A stretch of 64,000 nt of DNA, from positions 1 to 64,000 of the IMG/VR virus record IMGVR_UViG_2522572155_000001; one strand, 5' to 3'. Each line of letters begins with the position of its first letter. The stretch's first letter is position 1. A program made the position numbers and the translations under genes. Source of the DNA: a virus (lineage: Duplodnaviria > Caudoviricetes). Of the stretch, positions 9,154-18,570 are shown in pieces. The notes beneath the pieces were generated by a model, which searched no databases, was not told the DNA's origin, and worked only from the letters and a program-made list of their open reading frames with translations.

Positions 9154-9548
9154 GCGACTTCGAGACGATCAAGACATTCAACGGCACGCGTGAGCTATGG
9201 CCGAGCATCATGTTCCGCGAGGTGCCGGTCACCGAGCCGCCGCCAGAGGGAACGGTCTGCATCCACTGCGAGGAGGACTTCTCTGCCGGTGGGACCGACT
9301 TCCCTGTCTATGCCGACTCGCGCTTCGGTGACGGCGCTCCCGGCGTCTACTACGGAAACGGGGCGCCCGCCCATCTGGAGTGCTTCCTGCGGGCCGGTAT
9401 CGGCGGCCTGAACCACCTCAAGGGCACGTGCTCGTGCTGCGGGGGTGACGATCCTCCCGACCCGCCCGACCTCAGCCGGAGGGAGGCCGCCCTCCAGGCC
9501 GTGCTCTACTTCGACATGACCCGGCCGCACGAGGGGAACGCCCTGTGA
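9150..9548 (+). CDS. Cys/His-rich Zn-binding protein
   Basis: CIHC..HLEC..H..CSCC; ATGA overlap. Confidence 0.7.
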   Translation: MSDFETIKTFNGTRELWPSIMFREVPVTEPPPEGTVCIHCEEDFSAGGTDFPVYADSRFGDGAPGVYYGNGAPAHLECFLRAGIGGLNHLKGTCSCCGGDDPPDPPDLSRREAALQAVLYFDMTRPHEGNAL

Positions 9549-9733
9549 TCTCTCAGCGGCAGGTGACGTTGATGTCGTGGTTCGCCGGGCTCATGAACAT
9601 CTTCGTCGGCTGCTACGTCGGCTTCAACGGCAGCATCGGGTGGACCGGATGGGCCAACATCGTCGTCGGCATCGGCGTCATCGTGACGCTGTACTGGATT
9701 CGGTCATACCGGCGCAAGAATGACCGACGCTAA
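9545..9733 (+). CDS. Small two-TM membrane protein
   Basis: Two hydrophobic helices, basic tail. Confidence 0.7.
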   Translation: MISQRQVTLMSWFAGLMNIFVGCYVGFNGSIGWTGWANIVVGIGVIVTLYWIRSYRRKNDRR

Positions 9734-10016
9734 GCCCTACTACGCCTCGCAGGTTCGCGTCGGGGACAACGTGTACGTCTTCGAGGGCTGGGCTCCCGAG
9801 ATCGAGTTCCTGTTCCGCCCGGGCGTACTCGGGGAGGAGGCTCGCTGGCTGCTCGGGCTGCGGCTGAAGTACTGGAAGCCGCCGTGGTTCAAGCGCTGGG
9901 ATCCGCCGATGCAGGTCCGCCGCATCCCACCCGCGCCTCCGGCGACGCCGCTTGAGCGAGCCCTGGGGTGGCTCCTGGTGCTCTACACGGCCTGGACGGC
10001 GCTCAGGCGGGGGTGA
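9720..10016 (+). CDS. Hypothetical protein with C-terminal TM segment
   Basis: Operon packing; LGWLLVLYTAWTAL. Confidence 0.6.
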   Translation: MTDAKPYYASQVRVGDNVYVFEGWAPEIEFLFRPGVLGEEARWLLGLRLKYWKPPWFKRWDPPMQVRRIPPAPPATPLERALGWLLVLYTAWTALRRG

Positions 10017-10209
10017 ACTCGCCCGGCGCCGTTTCGAGGGCTCTGACGGCCCTCAGGCGCCCGTAGGCGGCATGGAAGACGACATCCGAGCCCACGGCCC
10101 GGACGCCGCCCTCCTCGCCCTGGAAGACGCTGAGCGCGTCCCGCTCGTCGCCAGCGTCGTGGATGACGCAGACGGGCCTCTCGGCGGCGACGATGATGAA
10201 GTCGGCCAC
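10003..10209 (-). CDS. Hypothetical protein
   Basis: 68 aa; TAGACT shortly upstream. Confidence 0.55.
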   Translation of the reverse strand: MADFIIVAAERPVCVIHDAGDERDALSVFQGEEGGVRAVGSDVVFHAAYGRLRAVRALETAPGEFTPA

Positions 10210-10219
10210 GCGGTCGAGT

Positions 10220-10750
10220 CTACTTGCGCTCGAAGCGGTCGAGTTCGACGGTGACGCGCGCGATGTGGCCGGTGATCTCGCCGTCCACGACGAACTGCAC
10301 CTCGAATGACGAGCCGCGCCGCTGCTCGGAGATCGGGGAGATGTTGTGTCCGCGAACCGAGTTGCGCAGCATCTTCGTCAGGCCGTCGATCAGAGAGCGC
10401 TCGCGCCCGATGATGGAAAGCTCGCTCTTCGGCGTGTCCGGCCATCGATCCCTCGCGAAGACGGTGCCGTTGGCCACGTGCCCCTCGTGGGTGAGGGTGA
10501 CGAGCCACGGGCCGGGTCCCTCGCCCTGCTCCCACGTGATGAGCTTGTGCTCGCGGAAGAAGTTCCACGCCTTGCCGGAGATGTCGGCTCCCGTAGTAGC
10601 CCCGCGACCAAGCGCGCGGACAGGGGTGGGGGCAACGCCCCTGATGGTCAGCGCGTGGATCTTGCCTGCCGCGACCTTGGCCAGGGCCGCCTTGTGGGCG
10701 GGGATGAGTTCCGGCACCTTCTCGGTCATCGCTTCGGCCTCCTCACTCAT
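10220..10750 (-). CDS. Hypothetical protein
   Basis: GAAGGA RBS, ATGA overlap. Confidence 0.7.
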   Translation of the reverse strand: MSEEAEAMTEKVPELIPAHKAALAKVAAGKIHALTIRGVAPTPVRALGRGATTGADISGKAWNFFREHKLITWEQGEGPGPWLVTLTHEGHVANGTVFARDRWPDTPKSELSIIGRERSLIDGLTKMLRNSVRGHNISPISEQRRGSSFEVQFVVDGEITGHIARVTVELDRFERK

Positions 10751-11052
10751 GTGTCCTTCTTCTTCCATGCGTCCTCCTCGATGGCGCTTGCGATCAGCGC
10801 CGCCACCGCTTCGGGCACGTCGCCAGAGTCGATGCCCAGCTTCTCGGCCCAGTCCTGCGACCAGTGGTCGGGGTCTTCCCAGGCGGCTGCGAACATCGTC
10901 ACGCCGCTGATTTTCACGTTCAGGTCGGTGGACAGGTCGTCCCAGACCTGACGCATCACCTGCTGGGTGGGGTCTTCGCCCTCATCGAGCAGGGCGGCGT
11001 CGATGAGGCCGCCGACGTAGGAACGCTCAACGGCGAAATTGACCTTCTTCAC
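10747..11052 (-). CDS. Acidic hypothetical protein
   Basis: GAGG RBS, operon packing. Confidence 0.7.
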   Translation of the reverse strand: MKKVNFAVERSYVGGLIDAALLDEGEDPTQQVMRQVWDDLSTDLNVKISGVTMFAAAWEDPDHWSQDWAEKLGIDSGDVPEAVAALIASAIEEDAWKKKDT

Positions 11053-11053
11053 G

Positions 11054-11416
11054 TCACACCTCGATCAGTTCGTCCAGGTGGGCGCGGGCGCCGTCCACGG
11101 CCTCACGCAGCGCGGTGCGCATCTCGATCAGCCGGTTGAGCACGTCCTCGGCCTCGTCCAGCGTCTCCAGCGCCTCCCCGACGGCCTCCACGTAGTCGTT
11201 CGCGTTGGAGAGAGCGTCGTCGCGCTCCTCCCACTCGCGCTCCTCGTGAGCGCCCTGCGCCTGCTCCAGCGCCTCGGCCGCCTCGGACAGAGACTCGCTG
11301 ATCCTCTCGGCCGCCTCGTTGATGCGGGCCACGTCACTCGCGACGTCACCGAAGTCCGCGTTGGACATGAGACCGGCCGCCTCAGCGATGCGGTCCAGCT
11401 TAGACATCCGCGCCAT
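11054..11416 (-). CDS. Highly acidic all-helical protein
   Basis: AAGGGAG RBS; E/D/A-rich; first gene after the promoter. Confidence 0.75.
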   Translation of the reverse strand: MARMSKLDRIAEAAGLMSNADFGDVASDVARINEAAERISESLSEAAEALEQAQGAHEEREWEERDDALSNANDYVEAVGEALETLDEAEDVLNRLIEMRTALREAVDGARAHLDELIEV

Positions 11417-11446
11417 GTGTCTCCCTTGGGTAGGTGTGTACCCCAC

Positions 11447-11475
11447 ACTCTATCACCCCTGGTCACGGGTGACAA
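11447..11475 (-). promoter_or_regulatory. SigmaA-type promoter
   Basis: TTGTCA-N17-TAGAGT with TGn extension. Confidence 0.7.
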
Positions 11476-11649
11476 GCATTTCGGATCCGAAAGATACACC
11501 AGGTACCTCGGGCGAGAGAATTACCTTGAGCGAACGTGGTTTGGAGGCACATTACCTACCTCAGGGAGACGTTGTGACCCGAAACGTCGCCCCGAGATAC
11601 ACGAAGAGCCGCTTTCGCGGCCCCTCAGTCACTTCGGTTGCGGCTTCCC

Positions 11650-11937
11650 TTAGGTCGCCCTGGGTACCGGAACGTCTTCAAGCTCGGCTAGCTCGAAGCG
11701 CGCGAGGCGGATCGGCTGACCGTACTTGTGCAGGTGCGCGAGCGCGTAGGGCATCTGGTCGAGCATGGCCTCGCGGATCCGATGCACGAGCACCACCGCC
11801 CTGGGGAAGTCCTGCGAACGTTCCGGAGTCATACCCGCGATCTCCTCAGCGCGCGCGAGGACCACCGAGACGACCGACCAGGACCCATCGGGCTGCTGGC
11901 TCTGCCAGGCCCACAGCGTGTCGCCTAGTTCGGCCAT
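11650..11937 (-). CDS. Hypothetical protein
   Basis: GAAGGA RBS before MAELGDTLW. Confidence 0.7.
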   Translation of the reverse strand: MAELGDTLWAWQSQQPDGSWSVVSVVLARAEEIAGMTPERSQDFPRAVVLVHRIREAMLDQMPYALAHLHKYGQPIRLARFELAELEDVPVPRAT

Positions 11938-12097
11938 GTCGTCCTTCTCCTTCTCGGTCGTCGCACTCGAAACAACGACACCCAGCCACGGCGACAGCGG
12001 GGGCAGTACTTGAACTCCCCCTGGTAGTTGTCTTGCAAGCCGTGGCCGAAGTGCCGAACGCGGTGGGCGTAGTAGCCGGGGCGGTAGAGGAACACGT

Positions 12098-12364
12098 TCA
12101 GTGTTCGTCCTCGCGCAGCATGCGCTCGACGGTCCCGGGCGCCTGGGGGAGAGTCCACAGCGGCGCGGGGGCGACGCCGAGGTTGGGAGAGGCCCAGTCG
12201 GGCGCGTCGGCCTCATCGCAGCCGCGTAGCGCGGCGAGTATCTCCGGCAGCGCGCAGGTGCGGCAGAGGTCTTGCCGGTGCCAGTGGTACCAGTTGTCGG
12301 GCCAGGTGGGTCCCTGGGCCGAGGCCCCGCACTTGTCGCACGTGACGGTGATGACGCGCGCCAT
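12098..12364 (-). CDS. Zn-finger protein
   Basis: TCDKCG...DLCRTC. Confidence 0.65.
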   Translation of the reverse strand: MARVITVTCDKCGASAQGPTWPDNWYHWHRQDLCRTCALPEILAALRGCDEADAPDWASPNLGVAPAPLWTLPQAPGTVERMLREDEH

Positions 12365-12410
12365 CAGCCCTGGGGTCGGCGGAAGGGACCGATCCCCGCC
12401 TCGATCGTCA

Positions 12411-12986
12411 TCAGACCGCGACGGCCGTGGCCCCGTTGGCGCTGGCGACGGGGATAGGCGGGAGTTCATCGAACGAGGGAAGCTCGGCGTGGACCTCACG
12501 GCCCCGGGGCGAGAGCCCGTAGAAGTGCGCGAGCGCTCCGCGCCTGGGCTCCGTTCGGATCAACGACACCGCGTCGTACTCGCGCAGCATTCGCATGTGG
12601 TAGCTGACGACCCCGAGGTGGACCCCAATCGCGTGCTTGAGGTCGTTGGGCGACAGCGCCTGGCGGCCGGAGCCCTTGCACTCCTTACAAGTCTCCTCCT
12701 TGCGGTGCCCCTTGCCCCGGCAGGGCTCGCACGCGGGCGCGTCCCCGAGCAGCCGGACCATGCGGGCGCGGATCGGGTGCGAGCACGCCTTCGCCATCTG
12801 CGGGTCGCTCAGGATGCTGGCCTTCCGCGTCTCCGAGAGCTTGGCGATGATCTCGCGCGCCACGACCGTGGCAGCCGGGGCCTCGCGATCATGGCGGTCG
12901 CGCCGAATGATCGCCGCCACGGCAGCCACTTGCCTTTCGCTGTCCAATGGGTCCTCCAAATCGTTTGCTTGGACAACCCCGAACAT
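12411..12986 (-). CDS. ArsR-like wHTH regulator with inserted DnaJ-type Zn finger (start uncertain)
   Basis: AKACSHPIRARMV..CEPCRGKG..CKECKGSG..LGVVSYHMRML..RTEPRRGALAHFY. Confidence 0.8.
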   Translation of the reverse strand: MFGVVQANDLEDPLDSERQVAAVAAIIRRDRHDREAPAATVVAREIIAKLSETRKASILSDPQMAKACSHPIRARMVRLLGDAPACEPCRGKGHRKEETCKECKGSGRQALSPNDLKHAIGVHLGVVSYHMRMLREYDAVSLIRTEPRRGALAHFYGLSPRGREVHAELPSFDELPPIPVASANGATAVAV

Positions 12987-13435
12987 ATCAGCCGCCGACG
13001 ACGGAAAGCGTCGGAACGCAAAACGCCGAAGCCTTAGGCGAACCCCAGGGGGTTCTGGGTACTTGTCCCTCCGAGCTTTCACTCAGCAGGGTCGTTGCCC
13101 ACAGACGGTCTTTTCACCATTCTCCCGTGAGGGATGAGGTAGGGAGTCGCGTCTTTCGGCGTGAACTCCCTCGGGCTTGTTTCCTTACCCGGTCTGCCGT
13201 CTGTTCCTTAGCTCCGGCTCGACACAAGCTAGCACCCTCTCAACGGCCGTCAAGGGTCAGTTACGAGAGTGTTGTCACACGAACAACGAGGTGATCTCGC
13301 TGCCAGGTTGGCCCATGGCTCCGCTATGCTCGTGCGCGTCGTCCCCCGGATGCGCGACTCCTTCCGGGACCGACCCCGCCCGGCCGCCAGGGGATTCCGC
13401 CAGTCAGCCAAACAGGTGCCCTGGCGGCCGGGGCT

Positions 13436-14764
13436 CTAACCGTCACGCTCCTGGACCACGACCTCGTAGCCCGGGTCGTACATCTTGGCCACGACGTAGG
13501 CGATCGTCGTCACGCGCTGCTCGAAGCTCGTCTCGCTCGACACGACGACCGCGCCCAACGACTCGATCGTCTTGACCATGTGCTCCACCGCCAGCGCAAG
13601 GTGGACATCCTCGGACGCGTGAGACCGCTGGGGCTCTGAGCGCAGGCGCTCGATCTCGGCTCGCATCTCCTTCTCCAGCGGTGTCGCGGCCCTCATGCCG
13701 TACACGTCGTCCTGGACGAGCATCAATCCCTGGGCCGTGTCCACGAAATGCCTGAGAACGTCCATCGTGCTACTGCCCCCCGTGGGCCTTGAGGATCGCC
13801 CGCAACGACGCGCTGTGCGCGATCAATCTGGCGTCGCCGGATCGCTCCCACAGGTCGGCCAGTCTCCCGATCTCTTCGCGCAGTCCTACGGCCCCCTCGG
13901 TGTCGTCAACGCGCACGATGACCGCCTCGCACCGCTCCGGATTCAGGTGGTCGAGACACATCGGCGGATCACCGGGAAGCTGAGCGCGCTTGCGGCAGAC
14001 CGGGCAGACGTAGATCGTCCAACGCTCGATATCACCCATCAGGTCCCCGCCGGAGCGCTGAGGGCCTCAACGACCCGGGCGATCATCGCATCGCGCTCAT
14101 CGGCCAGGGAGCGCAGTCTCGCTCCCTCCCGCGTCTGGCGGCCCATGTAGCTGCCGAGCCACGTGCCGACGACGGGCGCGGGCTCATACTCGCCCATGAT
14201 CTCGATCAGCTTGAGCGCGATCTCGTCCTGCGTCCAGTGGCACGGGCACGCGCAGGGGAAGGGGTTGTCGTGGCACCAGTAGTGGCCCCAGTGTCGCGCC
14301 GGAGTGTTGCCCGGAGGACCGAGGCGGTTCAGCCGCTCCTGGCGCACCAGGTCACACTGATGCGACACCTTGCCGTCGATGAACGGCTGGAGGAAGTCGA
14401 TGATCTCGTGGATGTGGGGGTCGCGGTCCATGCGAAGAGTCTATCGCCTCTCCTGCTCGCGGGCCACGGCCGCTTTGACCGCCTGTACGGCGGCCTCGTG
14501 ACCCTCAAGGGCAGAGAACTCGTCCTTGTAGCGCCAGCAGCGCTCATCCAGCGGGCCACCGAAGATCATCGTCTCGAACCGCCATCCGTCCAGCGAGAGG
14601 GGAAGCCACACGGTGGACACCTCAACGTCGGCCCACCACGTCTTCCGGAGTACCCGGTAGTTCTCGTCGGTCAGGAGGCGACCGGCCTCCAGGAAGGAGA
14701 TTGGATTGCCCTCGCGGTCGTGGAGAGGAAGGTCGAAGTCGTCGGGGTCGATGCTGTCAGACAC
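13436..14764 (-). CDS. Four small hypothetical genes (13436-13765, 13770-14039, 14039-14431, 14441-14764), two Cys-rich
   Basis: Contiguous co-oriented ORFs with protein-like composition. Confidence 0.65.
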
Positions 14765-15044
14765 GCGTCTTACCGGCCTTCAGGCCCTCGCGGTAGATGC
14801 GCTCCAGGTTCAGCCACAGCCGCTTGGGGATGCCCGTCCCGAAGTGCAGGGCGTCCGCGATCGTGTCGGTGATCGGCTGCTCGCCCGCCTCGATCGCCGT
14901 GTAGAGGTCCACCGACATACGCGCGCAGGTGGTGGCGGCGGCCTTGACGCCGAGCTTGTTCTCCTCGCGCCACTCCTTCAACGTCTCCCCGGGGGCGATC
15001 ACCCAGTCGGGGTCGAACCGCTTATCCGTCACTTTCCCCTCCAC
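14757..15044 (-). CDS. HigA-like XRE-family HTH protein
   Basis: PGETLKEW...IEAGEQPITDTIADALHFGTGIPKRLWLNLERIY matches the HigA/VapI pattern. Confidence 0.8.
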   Translation of the reverse strand: MEGKVTDKRFDPDWVIAPGETLKEWREENKLGVKAAATTCARMSVDLYTAIEAGEQPITDTIADALHFGTGIPKRLWLNLERIYREGLKAGKTRV

Positions 15045-15051
15045 CGCGTGC

Positions 15052-16057
15052 CTAATTCCACGTCGCCGCCTTGCGCATGTCGTCCAGGTACTCCTCCGAG
15101 GAGATGGCAGGGTTACGCCAGCGCCACACCGCGACCCGGAGGTAGATCACCCCGGCTCCCATGACGAGATTTACCCCCAACGTGAGAAGCAAGCCGGGAG
15201 ACAGCAGCCGTGACAGGACCGTGTCGAGGGCAACCGTGAGGACCGCCCACGGCCACAGCCTCGGGAAGTACGCCCGGCGGTGGGCGAAGTACCGTCGCCT
15301 CATGGACGCTTCCTCGTGCCGACCTCGCGCACTCTCACAAGCTCACACCACGACGGTGTGCCGGGCGGGACGTAACCATCCGGGCGATGCTCGCAGAACG
15401 GCCACACCGCCAGGCGGCTGCACGTCTTGCAGACCTCGATCGTCCAGATGCGCTTAGCCGCGTCACGTTCCATCGGGAGGTCCATCCGCGTCGAGCTTGG
15501 CCTGAAGGTCAGCGATGGCCTCGCGCACATACTCAGTCTGCGGCCTGCGCTGAATGAAAGACATCTCGCGCAGCCACTCGACCTGATCGGGGCGAAGGCC
15601 AAAGTTGCGGTTCACCATCTTCTTCTTCGGCTCACGCTCCATCGGGACTCCTATCCATCATGGCCTGAGCGCCGATCATGATGCCGTAGCACAGCGACAG
15701 CGGGTCGATGGCCGCGTTGGGGAACTCCGCGCTCGCGATGAACTCTTGGAGCGCGCCGTACGCGATCCCCGCCTCGGCCTCGCTTCCCGTATCCCCCACG
15801 AGGTCCGCCGCCCGGTGTAGCTCCTCGGCAGAGAGAAGCCTATCGAAGGAATCTGCCACGCGCGGGAGTCTAGCGCAGGGTCATTCGTAGTTGGGAGTGC
15901 CGTTCTGGCCGGTCGGGCAGCCGGGCGAGTGATCCTCGCGGTGGCCGGGGCGGACCTCGTTGAAGCAGCCCACGCACTGACGCGTGTCCGTCTCCGATTC
16001 TGCCTTCGCCTTCAGGTCGGCCACAACCTTGGCCGCCTCATCAGGGGTAGCGTGCAT
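15052..16057 (-). CDS. Small hypothetical genes (15052-15303 membrane; 15300-~15473 Cys-rich; 15632-15859; 15881-16057 Cys/His, not in track)
   Basis: Co-oriented short ORFs, some preceded by TANNNT; 15881-16057 translated manually (MHATPDEAAK...). Confidence 0.55.
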
Positions 16058-16611
16058 TCCACAGGATACACGACAAGGGTACCTATCGCCAGTGGAGTCC
16101 TCTGGGTCCCTTTCAGGGTTACGCGGTGCCTATCCCTCACCAACCTGCCGGGATATGTCACTTTACCTGCGAGCAATCTGCGCGGTGACGTTCACCTATC
16201 GAGCCCTGTGCGAGGGGAGCCCTCAAAGCACAAGCCCTCCGGTTTGTCAAGGGGCAGCGTCAGGCAGGCGACACACAGCGCCTGAGCATGTGACCCCACG
16301 CTCTCCAAGCGTCATGTCCAACCACGAATGCCCTGCATACGAGGCACTTCGTCCTAGGGCTGAGTATGCGTCCCCAGCTACGCCCCACATACGGGCATTG
16401 CTCGCCCCTAGGCTTGCTCACCCGTAGCCGACCCTTACCACACGAGCTAGGGGCAGTCAACCCCCCGGGGCGGGCAGGGCGCGCGTGGAGGCGTCTGATA
16501 GGTAGATCACGGGTAGATCATGCCCTGGGGCTGTGGGATCATCGCGGCAAGCCTGCCAGGACGTGCCGAGTCGAGCCTAGCGCCCTGGGCGAACGGCGCT
16601 ACTGTATTCGC

Positions 16612-18215
16612 ATGTCTGAGTATGACGCGGATCGAGTTGCGCCTGCCTATCGGCTTGCCTACCCGGGCGATGGCGCTGATGACGATGATGCGGTGATCGT
16701 CACTGTACAGAACGCCGAGGCGTTGCCATCTGCGCTGGAGGACCACGGACTCATCATGATGTCCCCGAGTGAGATGCGTGACCTGTTTGGCGATCACCCG
16801 ATGGACTGGCCCATGCGCTTCGTGGGCATGTGCATCAGGGTGGGAGCGCCGCCGAGCGAGCGGGTGGCCGGGTTCGTGTTGCCCAAGACCGCGACGAAGA
16901 GGCGAGGTGGCTCGGGGTAGACACGCATTGGGGCGGGGGGCGAGCTACGATACGTGGCATGGCGATCATTGTGCGTGACCTGTTCACTGCGGGACAGGAG
17001 CTTGACGCTGCCGGGCTGTGTTACCTCGCGACCGCTGTGCGCCTGGCCGAGGAGACGATCATGGCCCTACCCGAGGACCAGCGTGGGCCGACGACCGAGG
17101 GGCTGCTCTCTGATGTAGTACGTGTGCTGGGCCGCGTAGGTGATGGTGAGTACACGCAGTGATCCCCCAATGATCGACCGAGGCGCGGGCCGCCTTACAC
17201 TCAGGCTAGTGCGCCCTGTATGCTGCGCTGGTCGGGCTGCTCCGAGCCACTGGCTTCATAGGGGACGCACGCAGCCGAAGCACAGCCCCAATGGGATACG
17301 GCTCTGTCCTCTCCCGGGGCAACGCGGAAGCGGTCCCTCCCCGAAGGAGCAGCCCGACACTCTACGAGCGCTAAGCTTGCGCGCATGCAGATCGAGCTAC
17401 GCTTCGCCTTCGCTGCCAACCCCGAGGGGACAGAGACCAAGACGCAGGCCGACGAGGCGACGGACATCATCAGGCGTGAGTTCGAGTACTTCCTCGGTAG
17501 CCTCACCTCACGTCTCAGTGACGAGGCCGGGGTGGACAGCGTGAGTTTCGTGAGGGCCGAGGAGTGAGCTACGCCGAGCGGGCCGCCATGGAGAGAGCCG
17601 CGATGCGCGCGCTCATGAGTGACAGCGACGTGGTGCGACTCACCGGGCCGGTGTTCGAGTGCGATGGCTGCGGGACGCGGCGTAGCCCTGAGCTTGCCGA
17701 CGCCGAGGGATGGGTGAGCATCAACGCCCTTGACTACTGCGCTGGCTGCTGGCCGGGGTGAGCGACGATGCGACTGTTCAAGCGCTGCTCTCGCTGTGGC
17801 CTGATCCGCCTGTGTGACGTGACCGAGGGCGAGCCGGTCCTCTGCGACGAGTGCTTGGGCCGCGAGGCCCCTGAGCCCCCTGAGCCGTCCTGAGCGCCGC
17901 CTGAGGTTCGCGTGCGGACATTGAGCCGGGCCTGGAGGGCGGCGCCCGAGGCGGGCGCTAAGCTCCTCGCAAATGGATGCCAGACCGGAGAGGACCGGAG
18001 CGGAGCGCGCGCCCTTCACGCTGTCGTTCCTGGAGGAGACGTATCCATACATCCGCTGGCGCGAGCCGGTGAAGGTCACGACGCCGCGAGGCGAGGGCTT
18101 TGACTGCCGTGTCTGCATCGCGAGCTTCGGCAAGCGCGCAAGTGACGGGCCGCAGTTCTATGTCCATGAGGCCGCCCTCGGACACATCGCTGAGCATGTA
18201 GAGCACGATGAGTGA
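16612..18215 (+). CDS. Small hypothetical genes (16612-16920, 16959-17162, 17385-17567, 17564-17761, 17973-18215)
   Basis: Short ORFs, several with TANNNT 6-7 nt before ATG. Confidence 0.6.
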
Positions 18216-18531
18216 CGACTGGTCGCCGTCGAAGGCGTTCGTGCGTCAGGTCATCTCCGGTCTGGCGCCCAAGATTGAGCAGAGTGATGTGTTCCTCTCG
18301 CTCGGGCCGAGTGACCCCAACGATACCGCTGGCGACGTGAAGCTGTGGGTCGAGCTTGGGGCCGCGATCATGATGGACAAGCCGATCCTCGCCGTCGTGC
18401 TGAGCCGCCGTGTCTCCAAGCGTCTGCGGCGTGTGGCCGACGAGATCGTGTATGCCCCCAACGGGCTCAACGATGAGGTGGCTAAGGAGATTCAAGCGGC
18501 GATGACGCGCATGGTGCACAAGTTCCGCTGA
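18208..18531 (+). CDS. Nucleoside 2-deoxyribosyltransferase/TIR-like flavodoxin-fold protein
   Basis: IEQSDVFLSL...WVELGAAIMMDKPILAV (ELGxA...KPI motif). Confidence 0.6.
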   Translation: MSDDWSPSKAFVRQVISGLAPKIEQSDVFLSLGPSDPNDTAGDVKLWVELGAAIMMDKPILAVVLSRRVSKRLRRVADEIVYAPNGLNDEVAKEIQAAMTRMVHKFR

Positions 18532-18570
18532 GGCGTCAGGTTACGTCAGCTTGGCCTCAGGCGTGCGCCT

